From Octopus vulgaris (Eukaryota): DNA of 64,000 bases. Below the pieces are notes generated by a model that saw nothing but the letters and a program-made list of their open reading frames with translations, was not told the DNA's origin and did no database searches. Where the stretch lies: NCBI GenBank assembly GCA_951406725.2, contig OX597826.1, positions 2,728,001-2,792,000 of the forward strand, read 5' to 3'. Position numbers and translations under genes: made by a program. Of the stretch, positions 27,136-39,287 are shown in pieces (within the stretch, counting starts at the first letter, position 1; the number at the start of each line of letters is the position of its first letter).

Positions 27136-27994
27136 GGTATTGTTGCGACTGCTATACCTTATTATGCTATTTCGATTATTACCATTTTTAGCAATGGCGC
27201 AACGGTGTAACTAGTTGTAGTAGTAGTAGTACAGCTGTTCATGATGCTGTTGTTGTAGTCTTCACATGGCGAGTGATCCAGTAGAACCATTTGATCACTG
27301 GCAAAATATACTTCGTGTTATTTCTTTCTTCCGACTCTGGAACATGAATTCGAATACCGCCGAGGTGAACTTTGACTTACATCCCTAAAGGGACGATAAC
27401 AACAGTAGCAATCAAGCAGTGAGGTCACTGGTTTCGGCTTTCTCTCTTCCCATACAATTACTGCCCTTGTGCCTAAAATCCGAAACTATTATTGTTCTTG
27501 TTTTTGTTCGTCCTGTTTGCTTTTCGCTAGGAATATATTTATTATTATATCATCTAATAATCGTAATTATATTAATTATCCTTATACGCATATACTCGTT
27601 TCAATTATTGTACAAGTTTACCTAATTAAAATGTGGCTGCAGGCCCACCAGGAATGCAAATGGATTAACGAACATTTTTCTTGTATTCACAGTAAATGAG
27701 TTTCAGTAAACAAATTAAAATACAAAATGAAATGAAATTCTGTTGTTTTAAGCAAATATTTTAATTTTCATATTCTTTTCTTTTTATTTCTTTAGTGAAA
27801 CTTCATAACTTTTAGAATATCAGCTTAAGGTTTAATATTTCCACATCAACTCAGCTTTTGATCGCATCACAGGCACTACTGTTGGTATTATATTTGAGGT
27901 GATTGTACGGCATCAAGTCAGTCTTCATCAAAGAAACTATGGTGAGAAATGTTCAATCATACAATATTTAGGCCGACATTAATGAATAGCCACA

Positions 27995-28372
27995 ATCACG
28001 ACTGTGTGGAAAGAAGTTTGCTTTCCAGCGGCACAGTTTCATATTTCACCCTACTTCGTGGCAACTTGGGCCAGTGTCTTCTACACAAGCGTCAGGCCCG
28101 TAGACGGCAACTGACAGAAGCGCGTAATATAAACATCTATGTATGTGTGTGTGTGTGAGGTAGGTGTCTTTGTGCCTGCCTTTGCCCATTGCTGAACAAT
28201 CGGTGTCTCCTTAATCTTCTGGTTCGGCAATTCGCTTAGGAGGTCAATAAATTAAGAACCAGGCTTTTCTAAAAATAACTGCTGGCGTCGATTCGTTTGA
28301 CTAAAGTTCTTCAAGGTGTTGCCTGTCATGGTCGCATTCTAAAGAGTGAAACATGTAAAAGATAAAAGATAA
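27995..28372 (+). mobile_element. SINE family A, old diverged copy
   Basis: Degenerate head, CORE-like block and 3' end recognisable. Confidence 0.65.
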
Positions 28373-28827
28373 ATTATGCAAACCTTGGTTGTGAGGTTAT
28401 TCGTACTGATTTCAGGCAGGTTACTTCCTTGTTCCATGAGAATGAGCCACCAATTAGTGATTACACAGTTTGTTTATATTTCCTCATCATTATCGTAAAA
28501 CGGCGTAAAATGGACTGATTCACTCGAATGCATATACTCTGTATAATTCAAATCTAGTTCATTTAACACTCGGCTTATTTTGGCGTTGCGATTGCTTCTA
28601 AAATATTCTCATGAATTTAGGTAATCTCACATGTTGGAAATATTAATTTCAAATTTTGGCACAAGGCCAGCAATTTCAGCATAGAGGATACGACAATCAC
28701 ATAGAAACTAATGTAAAACTAGGACTTATCTTATCGACCCTGGAAGGATGGAAGACATTCGACAAAACGTGAGTTTGAATTCGCAAAATAAAGACGGACT
28801 AATTGCGGTGAAGCATTTTACCTGGCG

Positions 28828-28907
<80 letters not shown>

Positions 28908-28991
28908 CTGTATGTATGTATATGTATATATGTATAAATAAATAAATAAATATATATATATATATATATGTATATAAATATATATATATAT

Positions 28992-29043
<52 letters not shown>

Positions 29044-31484
29044 ATATACATATATATACGACAGACCTTTCTGTTTCCGCCTACCAAATTCACTCACAAA
29101 GCTTTGGTCGGCCTGGAGCAATCGTGGAAGAGACTTGCAAATGGCAACCTGGGATCATGTAGTGCAAAACTAAACGTCTTACCACGCAGCCACGCCTATG
29201 CCTTTATCGCATTTGTCCATCTGATGTGTTTCTTTCTTTTTCTATATTGACTAGCATTAAGTATATTAATGCGTTCGTGAACCATTAACGTCACTGATGT
29301 AGGGCGAGAGATTCTCTGAATAATATATTTCCCGTTCTATGAACAATTCTCTCATCATATCTTCAACAATTACAGACAAGTCCATAACGACCCAAGAATG
29401 TCAAATATGACAGAATATCAACACGACCAGAGTGGTCCCTCGTAATTTCTAAAAGGGTTAACCGAAAAGTAATCATTAAGATTACATTCTTTCTTTCACA
29501 TAGATATTTCTAATTGGACTTGCAACGCACACAGCATAATATATGTAGAATCTAAGCTCAGGCTATATATATTATGTGACAGACTGGTGTGAAACGAACA
29601 TGTTTCAATTGATTAAGAACCACCAACATTGCCATTAAGCATTCAATGTTTTACTGTATTGCAATGTGATATATAACCTCAGAGTTTTGGATACACATAG
29701 CTTATATTGTTCTGCTGCCCTATCGAAGTATATCATTATGTTTTGAATATATTGTGTGGCTGTTCGCTAGTCTGATTCTATTCTCGCTTCCTTATGTCAC
29801 GTAAATCCGCGATGTTAAATATAGTTATCACACACGTTTTTAATGCTTAATATTATATCGATTTTCTGATATTGTATCGATTTTTGTTCGTTTCCATATC
29901 TTGCCACAATATACAATAGCATTCTTTCTCAACGGGCTTTAGGATAACGTTAAAAATTTTGCAGAGAAAAAAAAATTGCTTCTATTTATTGCAGTCTTTT
30001 AACGAAGGAAATAAATGCATTAACTATAGATTCACGAGTTAAATATAGCATTTTGTACGGCGGATTGTTAAATTCAACCTTTGTCTACCACAGACCATAT
30101 TTAATAATGTAAGGCATTATAGTTAAAGTTAGGGTTAAGATAAAAGACTGCCATATTTGCAAACAGTACTCTTTCATCTTCACAAAATGACGAAATAAAA
30201 GATAACGCATGATTATATTAGCAAAGGAGTTAGTTATTTATCTATTTAACACACACACTCACACACACAAACACACGTACACATGTATATATGTAAAGCA
30301 ACAACAACAAAAGAAAACATACTGTACTTTTCATAAGCTATATCGAAAACTGTTCTAAACGAAATGTCCTTTTAATGTAGTAACACTATTGTGATAACAA
30401 TCACATGTATAGAAGATGCTCAAGAATAGTACAGAGTTGTCGTCGATGGTGTGAAATCGCTTATTATATTGGTTTCGTTTCTCTCCCTTTACTCGCTGTC
30501 AAATTTGCATTTCGTCTGGTCCTCGATTTTCAAATAATTATGTATAATGCACAGTTTATATTCTACTCTAATTATTCATGCAAGCTGTTCAGCATTGGCT
30601 GCTTTTGATTAAAAATAAAGATTTAGTTATATTGTTTAGATCTGGTTAAGTCTTTTTTTTTTCTTGCATGAGTAGAAATTAACATATCTAGTTATTGATT
30701 CGAAGCGTAAGTCACCTGTCTTTACATTATATATCTCTCCTCAAGTCTCTTTAATTCTATAGCCCCATATTCCAAGCTATCCAGAAAAGTCAACAATATT
30801 TGCGAGTGTATATATACGAGTGTGTAGATCGGCAGGTGTGTCTTTCATTTGTTTAGTTATCAAGAAAGCGGATTAAATCGTGGAGATAGTGATCACTAAT
30901 TTCATGTGTTAACTAAGCCTTTTTCTTAGTGGTTTAAGACATAAGATTAAGGACATAATATGTAGGATGATTAAATGGTAATTAGTGGTTGTCTCATTCC
31001 CATTATGATCATGTCCTATATGAATCTTGGCTCTGTGGAGTTAAGGATTTACATCAATTTATTATTGGTATGTTGTGTACATCCGATGTACATAAATATA
31101 TTTCTACCTCTCTACAATCAAACTCATTAATTGCAGTTATGGCCTCTCTGTTAAAATATTAATTAGAGAGGACTGTAATGTGAACGAAATACGGCTGCTA
31201 GTTCTAACAGGAATCATAATCATAGCAGGAACATCATCATTGGCTCCTGAAACAAATTTCAGTAATGATGACAAAACATACAAAAGAGGCAACTGCTATG
31301 GTGGGACAGGCTGTTTAAAATCATGCCAAGATTTAGTTGTTATTTCTAGCACGACTTACGATTATAGCAGAGTCTTTTGGAGCCTCATAGTCATTATATT
31401 CAAGTTGTGACAAAAGATGGAAACGAACCAAAATCAATACAAAAAGGAACAGGATTTAAAAACTAACGACAAGCACTTGCGGTA

Positions 31485-31867
31485 GGCGCAGGTGTGGCTG
31501 TGCAGTAAGAAGCTTGCCTCCTAAGCACATGTTTCCGTGTTCAGTCCCGCTGCGTTGCACATTGGGCTAGTTTCTTCTATTTTAAGCTCGGGCTGACCAA
31601 CGCCTTGTGAGTAGATTTGGTAGAGGGAAACTGAAAGAAGCAAGCCGTATATATATACGCTTTTACTCTTTATTCTTGTTTCAGTCATTTGACTGCGGCC
31701 ATGCTGGAGCACCGCCTTTAGTCGAGCAAATCGACCCCAGGACTTATTCTTTTGCAAGCTTAGTACTTATTCTATCGGTCTCTTTTGCCGAACCGCTAAG
31801 TTACGGGTACGTAAACACACCACCATCGATGGTGGGTGGTGGGACAATCACAGACACACAAGCATAT

Positions 31868-31898
<31 letters not shown>

Positions 31899-32062
31899 CG
31901 ACGAGCTTCTTTCAGTTTCCGTCTACCAAATCCACTCACAAGGCTTTGGTCGGCCCGAGGCTATAGTAGAAGACAGTTGCCCTAGGTGCCACGCAGTGGG
32001 ACTGAACCCGGAACCATGTGGTGGTTAGTAAACTATCTACTTACCACACAGCCATTCCTGCG

Positions 32063-32126
<64 letters not shown>

Positions 32127-32331
32127 TGTATGTGCGCATGTCTGTGCGCCATCACTGCTTGACGATCGGTGTAGATGTGTTTATCTCCCCGTAGCTTGGC
32201 TGTTGAGACCAAGAAATTGACAGACTACGTACCAGGCCTTAAAATAAAAGGTATTACTGGTATCGATTCATTCGACTAAATTTTCTTGGAGTCAGCATGG
32301 CCACACTCTAATGATTGAAATACGTAAAAGA
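31485..32331. mobile_element. Nested SINE family A: minus copy (31661-32065) inside a plus copy (31485-31657 + 32122-32331)
   Basis: The 5' and 3' halves of the plus copy flank a complete opposite-orientation copy. Confidence 0.85.
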
Positions 32332-33475
32332 ATTTTTCGGTACCAAAGCGAATGAAACAGACGTCAACGCAATCAGTTGGTTTCAAAACTAACATCAGTA
32401 TCCAGTAATATGTATGTTCTACTTCCATTGATTCCAAAAGTTATATCCGTCAATTCTCATATTTCAACATAAAACCCATATTCAGAAATTCACACACACA
32501 CTCGCATACACACACACACACACTCATATATATATATATACGATTATTACCGTCTCATAATTATCGATGCTGGTCCATTTTTATTGGACTCATAATTACT
32601 ATTTGCAATTTTGATGTTTCCTTATAGGAATCAGGAAATTATTTTGATTTCATTTGATTAAGGGGAGAATTACATACTGGAAGGACACAAAAATTGTATC
32701 ACATGAAATTTATTAAAATAATAACAGTGCATGAGGAATACTTTGGCCTTAATTAGTGACTAGAAACCTGGCTGATTCCTCTCCATTAGTCTAGATGTTT
32801 GCAAAAGGAGTTATTAAAATCGGTTTCGTTTGACTATAAAAATATGATCTCTAATTTTACAGATGCCGTTACATGGAATCAATTCGAAAATGAGTAGATG
32901 CGCAAATAAACCGACCTAGTATCTGAAAGTAAAAGGATGGGGAAAAAATCAGAAAATTGATTGGCCAAAGCCTTCTCTCTTGATGTACGACCTTGGAATG
33001 GAAGATGTAATGGAGCAGAAGTCTGATTACCTTGCGATAATTGCTTTAACCTTTCACCGTTCCATTTTTCGCTTTTAAACCTTCTATGTTCTGTGCAATA
33101 TGTAAGAATTCTGTGTAGGTCTTTATTTACTCTTCTTCATATGTTTAATTGTAAGGAATTATTTTGAACATACTGCGCCATAATTATTGGCTTCGAATTT
33201 TGCCACGTGGCTGGTAATTCTTGGAAGCAGAAAAAGTCGATTACACCGATCCAAGTTATTCAACAGGTACTTATTTTATCGCTCCCAAAAGGATGAAAGG
33301 TAAAGTCGAGCTTGGCGGAATTTGAGCTCTGTACTTAAAGAAAGGCGAAATGCCGCTAAGCATTTAAGCATTCTTCTCGGCGTGCTAACCATTCTGCAAG
33401 CTCGCCGCAGTATACTGCGCCATATTTATTCCAAATATGATTGGAATAGAAATCATTTATATATATATATATGTG

Positions 33476-33520
<45 letters not shown>

Positions 33521-33521
<1 letters not shown>

Positions 33522-33849
33522 GGCGCATGGCTCAGTGTTGGAGCGTCGAGCTTACGATCGTGAAGTTGTGAATTCGAATCCCGGACCGGGATGCCTGTTG
33601 TGTTCTTGAGCAACACACTTTATTTCACGTTGCTCCAGTTCACTCAGCTGTAAAAATGAGTTGCGAAGTCACAGCTGTATCGGCCGTTGCCTAACCCTTG
33701 GATAACACCTGTGGTGTGGAGAGGGGATGCCCGTATGCATGGTCTTCCATAAACTGCTGGTCTTCCATAAACAACCTTGCCCGGATTTGTGTCTGGTAGG
33801 GTAACTTTCTGGATGCAATCCCACGGTCAGTCATGACCGAAGTGGGTCT
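33521..33849 (+). mobile_element. SINE with head D and an alternative 3' module
   Basis: Head matches family D; the 3' part matches the reverse complement of 6985-7150 instead of the V-like tail. Confidence 0.75.
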
Positions 33850-35024
33850 CAGCATATATATACATAATCTCAGCATATATATACATAATTTGAATTTAGT
33901 GACTATATTTATGCAGGAATAAGATGTTAAGGTGTTAAAGAAAGTGTTACGACGACGAGGTTTCCAGTTGATCCGATTCAACGGAACACCCTTCTCGTGA
34001 AGTTAACGTGCAAGTGGCTGAGCACTCCACAGATACGTGTACCCTTAACGTACTTCACGTGGAGATTCAGCGTGACACAGAGTGTGACAAAGATGCCCTC
34101 TGAATTGTATAAATGCGGGTACGTTTACTAAATTTAATGCCGTTGATTAACGGAGAAGCTTATATTATCGAACCTGATGGGGAGGAAATAAAGACTAAAA
34201 TTTTTTGGAATGAAATAAAACATAAAGTAAAGGGATTTGCTTGTTCAAAAATTTTAGTTTCAAATACCTTCTATGAAGACACCGGATGTTGATCCCTGAA
34301 ACATTTACGTACTCGTTTAAGCAGCTAGAAATTACGGTGGGATTATAGCCGAACCCTATTATGATGTCTTAATATAAGGTTGATATGGAAACCATATCGC
34401 CCTTCTTCATTTACAAATTTATACCTTTGTATTCCTAGGGTGATCATGGGTGGAAAATGCTTCATAATTGAGTTTCTCAATAAGGCCTGACTATGTTTTA
34501 AAGAACGAAATCAGTGAAACCCTTGGTAACTGTCGTTTGTTAAAGGACGTATCAATCGACCAGCTGCACAACAGGGTATGTATGTATATATATATATGGG
34601 TGTGTGTGTGTGTGTATGTGTGTGTGTGTTTGTGTGTGTGTGTTTGTGTGTATGTGGGTTTTGTATGCATGAATATAAGTATTTGTGTGTATACATATAT
34701 ATATATATGTATATATTTATATATACTTGTGTCAGTGCATACATACACACAAACACACACATACAGATATATACATGCACATGCATATTTACATATATAA
34801 ATACGCGTGTGCGCGCGTGTATGTGTAGAAATTAAAATCACATACAATCTGTGAACGGTGTCGTTTTACTCAGCTGTTCCGATTTTCCTTAGTGTAAGGC
34901 TGCCTAGTGAAACTTGCACATTATTTTTGTAATGTGAATGATCTCTAAATTACCCGAAAGGACATTTACCAACCTATAAATGATACAGGTTGCGAAATCC
35001 AGTTTTAATTTAATCTCAAGTTAT

Positions 35025-35377
35025 ATAGAGCAGTTGTATACTGTCAACTTAACGTGAGAGTCCCGTAAATGGAATCACACCACCGCTATTTAGCCCTAGG
35101 AAGCATCGACGCCTTCTGTCGGCTTTGATACATTTCCTGCGTCCTTATATTTGCGAAGGGGAGACAGGCGTTGATACCCTAGACTGATGACGGGTAAGAC
35201 TCAGAAACATTCATGCCTAGCTGGATGGGGGTGCTTGTCTCCCCTTCGCAAATATAAGGACACAGGAAATGTGTCAAAGCCGACAGGAAGCGTCGATGCT
35301 TCCTAGGGCTAAATAGCGGTGGTGTGATTCCATTTACGGGACTGTCACGTTAAGTTGACAGTATACAACCGCTCTAT
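35025..35377. repeat. 142-bp inverted repeat (35025-35166 / 35236-35377) with 69-bp spacer
   Basis: Arms are near-perfect reverse complements with only a few mismatches; 12-bp direct repeat tcaagttatata at 35016-35027 and 35432-35443. Confidence 0.95.
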
Positions 35378-37313
35378 CGCTCCACCACCGCTCATATCTC
35401 TCTGAGATATTTAGAAATTTAACATTTCTCATCAAGTTATATATTCATATGTAAAAACGTATTGTTTTCGTTTTTCATTCCATTAAACGATACTGTGTTT
35501 CCAAGGGAGATAAGTAATACACCTACATTCGAATTAAATTCTTCCTGAAATTTTGTGCAAATTCATACGGTTAAACATTTTCATAGCATTTGACTAGAAC
35601 AATGTTTTTCCTCAGTTGCATCTACTGCACTTAAAGAATAAAAGAGGTCTGATGTATAATTTTGACTCGAAAGTAATTCCTAAATCACAGGTAATACCAC
35701 GTGGAATTGAACGAAAACCAATATGTTCGTACGTTATAAAGATTCTAGATATTTATATATTTATGTTTGATTTATATACATTTCACCTTTTAAATGTTAT
35801 CATATGAAGTCAATATCGATTTGTACTGTATTGTTGATAGACCACCGTACTTAGAAAGATGTCGGTTTATTAGATTAAAAGAACAAGTCATCGATTTTAT
35901 ATTAATTTCTTGGTGGTGTGATTCGTTTATATTTTCATATTTATTTGTCTTGTTTTATTCTTCTGGTCTGTAAACAATCCGCAATTGATCAAACAACTTC
36001 GCTATGAAATGTAAAACATAAAAAAGAGATAAAGCTACTGATAATGTCAAGACCATGTATAAAATGCACAAAAGGTGATGGTTTAATTTAATCTCGCGGA
36101 GATAGGTGTTAATTTACTTAAACAATATTTTGTTCTACTACGGTCTAAATTATTAATCAATATCCGCTCCTTTTAAAAACACAAAAAAAAAATGATCGAC
36201 ACCGAACGAAGAACAGAATTAAATAAGACACTACATTATATGTACGCATGGTATATATATATACACACACATAGAGAAGCACATACATACATAGTCACAC
36301 ACACACCAGTGTGTGTGTGTATATATATATGTATATTTATGTGTATTATATATATATATATATGTATCATGTATGTATATATATATACATATATATATAT
36401 ATGTGTGTGTAGAGAGAGAGAGGGAGAGAGAGAGAGAGAGAAAGAAAGAGAGAGAGGAAGAGAGAGAGCTACACACAAATATGTAAAGATAGATATATAG
36501 ATATATATTTATGCATACATATAAATTTGTGTATGCATAATGTACATACGTACACACACACACACACGCAAACACATATAAATACGCACACATCACATAC
36601 ACACACGTCACACACACACACATATATATACTACCATCTTAGGGTGTGTGTGTGTGTGCGTGTGTCTGTGTGTATGTGTATGTACGTATTCATATTTATA
36701 TGTCCTGCTTATTTTTATTCATAGCAGTTAAGGCCATTTATTAGCCGTCCTCGAAGCAGTTAGCTATAGTTGTTGTGTGTGATCCCATTCATCAAAGGGA
36801 AATTAATACGACAAACACAATGTAATTATGAACGATATCAAAGAAAAAGCGTACAGCATATTTATTTGATATTTTTTTTAATAATATGTGGCGTAGTTTT
36901 TATTCACTTTCATTGGAAATATTCAGTCAGATGACTGACGCATAAAATATAGGAACGAACGACAGCTATATGTTACAATTGCTGAAGATCATGACCGTCC
37001 CTCTAGAATAGCGCCTTCTCCTACGATTTCACCTTTAAACGAGTGAAACTATGGCTACGAGAAATACACGCTGAGACACGTACATTTACAAGCACATACA
37101 CGCTCATACAAACATATACGCTCACACGCACATATGTATTCATATATCAAGCGTTATTGTTTTCGTGCTCAACAACCACATGGGTTTAGAGTCCGTTACA
37201 ATTGCGTAAATCACATGATGTCCTAATAACTAAGTTTCTCCGGCCGCTGAAATCAGTCAACCGTGAACGTCAGAGCGATTGCGATAATTATTCAACAATC
37301 ATGTCCTTTTTAT

Positions 37314-37374
<61 letters not shown>

Positions 37375-37426
37375 ACACGAAGTTATGTATACATACACAC
37401 ATATATATATATATATATATACGTAC

Positions 37427-37476
<50 letters not shown>

Positions 37477-37477
37477 T

Positions 37478-37845
37478 TGGCGTGGTTGTGTGGTAGGTAG
37501 CTTGCTTCCCAACAACATGGTTCCTTGTTCAGTCCCATTGTATGGCACCTTGGGTAAGTCCCTTCTATGATAACCTCGGGCCAACCAAAACTTTTTAAGT
37601 GGATTTAGTAGATGGAAACTGAAAGAAGCCCGTCGTAGATATTTTCATGTCTGTTTTTGTCCTCTGCCATCACTGTGTTTTTACGTCTCCGTAACCTAGC
37701 GTTTCAGCAAAAGGGCTCGATGGAATTAGTGATAAGCTGACAAACATTAAGTCCTAGGGTCGATTTGTTCAACTAGAGGTGGTGCTCTAGCATGACCGCA
37801 GCCAGCCGTATGCCTGAAACGAGTAAGGGGATAAAAGTAAAAGAG
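37478..37845 (+). mobile_element. SINE family A
   Basis: Homolog of 5715-6116. Confidence 0.85.
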
Positions 37846-38084
37846 TATGTGTATGTGTGTGTGAGTGTGTGTGTGTGTGTGTGTATGTACGTGTGCACCT
37901 CTCTCTTCTTTCTTTCTTCCAATCTTTCTTTCCTTCCACCTCTATGCATCCGTACACATATATGAAAATACAAGAAATACAGGTGTACATATATTCATAC
38001 ATACAAGCAATCTTGCATACATACGTACATATATATATACGTACATACACACACATTCATATATATATATATATATATATATAT

Positions 38085-38393
38085 GACTCCGTCGGTTACA
38101 ACGACGAGGATTCCATTTGATCCGATCAGCGGAACAGCCTGCTCGTGAAATTACACGACACGAGTACCCTTAACGGAGTTTTCAGGGAGATTCAGCGTGA
38201 CACAGAGTGTGATAAAGTTGGCCCTTTGAAATACGGGTACAACAGAAACAGGAAGAAAGAGTGAGAGAAAGTTGTGGTGATAGACTAGAGCAGGTTTTAG
38301 CAGTGTTAGCAGGGTTCTGCCAGAGCCTCGTGGCCCTTTAGGCGTTTTCGCTTAATAAACACGCACAACGACCACCGAGCCATTGCGCCTCCA
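38085..38393 (-). mobile_element. SINE family C (Nin/Deu-like 3' domain); related fragment at 33945-34105
   Basis: Shared ttgatccgat...cggaaca...ctcgtgaa...gagattcagcgtgacacagagtgtga block in both loci; head related to 48352. Confidence 0.7.
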
Positions 38394-38570
38394 CATATAT
38401 GTATAACTTATATGAGTATATATATACTTATATGTCTGTCTGTTCATCTGTCTGTTTATCCGTCTGTATATATACATGTGTGTGTGTGTGTGTGTAAACA
38501 TTAAAATCTTATATAATGTATCAGCTGTCTTCTGCAGTCTTGTCGATTCTCCTTAGTGTAAGACAGCATA

Positions 38571-38619
<49 letters not shown>

Positions 38620-38748
38620 TAAAAAGAATTCCAACCTTGTCTGATTTTCACGTTTTATTTACAATCTTATAATGATATATTATAAGATAATATATTATAA
38701 TTGAATAAAATAAAATGAAATAGTAGAATGTTAAATATTCATTCTGAT

Positions 38749-38793
38749 TGAACTAGTACTTTCATGCATTGAATTCTGCAATCTTCGGGTTCA
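38749..38793 (-). ncRNA. Hammerhead ribozyme fold in the element's 3' terminal repeat (C4 variant)
   Basis: Minus strand tgaac-CCGAAGA-t tgca gaattcaa tgca t-GAA-agtact-A-gttca; 5-bp stem I, 4-bp stem II, palindromic stem III, CUA triplet; position expected for a PLE pLTR hammerhead. Confidence 0.8.
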
Positions 38794-38856
38794 TGTAGTA
38801 GTGTTGACAGTCATGCTTCACAATTTTTGACTGTAGCAAGATGAGTGATTCTGTGC

Positions 38857-38970
38857 TATAAATACAGCTGGGTAGGCTCCAGAGTGCTAGGTTTTGCAAA
38901 CTGTATTCTGACCAATCAGTGTGTAGTATCACTCAATTACTTAAGCTGATTGGTTGGTTGAGCTGATTGG
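38857..38970 (-). promoter_or_regulatory. Putative pLTR promoter: CCAAT boxes + TATA-like box
   Basis: Minus-strand CCAAT at 38970-38966 and 38953-38949 (plus-strand CCAAT at 38912-38916), TATTTATA at 38864-38857, upstream of the hammerhead. Confidence 0.45.
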
Positions 38971-39287
38971 TTTAGGCATCACGCTTTGTTGGACAGGTCA
39001 AGAGTCCTGTATCTTGACCCTGGCCGAAGCAGCAATTGTTGGGTTATTTTTAGAAATGTTGTAAATATCCTTTGTCAGAGATTTTTATATTTTTATATTT
39101 CAATTGTCATCATCATCATTGTCAGCACCTTAATTATTGTTGCTAGTGGTGATGGTGGTGGCAATAGAACTTTTAACCCTAAATAAGATAATTTTCCTGC
39201 TATCTTCGTCTTGATCACCTTTAGTATTGTTGTTGTTGTTAGTGGTCATGGTCGTAGCAGTGGAAGTAATACCTCTAAGTATTATTA

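Noticed and set aside
31180-31410. 76-aa ORF resembling a secreted Cys-containing peptide
   Set aside because: GTG start, no splice or homology support; expected by chance.
34268-34310. Degenerate hammerhead-like cores (also 15236-15270, 29293-29325, 56720-56760, 58803-58840)
   Set aside because: Core or stems too mutated to pair convincingly; may be decayed members of the same class but are not supportable individually.
36720-37320. Possible enhancer (ATCAAAG, TAAT motifs) in unique sequence
   Set aside because: Short motifs are expected by chance in AT-rich DNA; needs conservation data.
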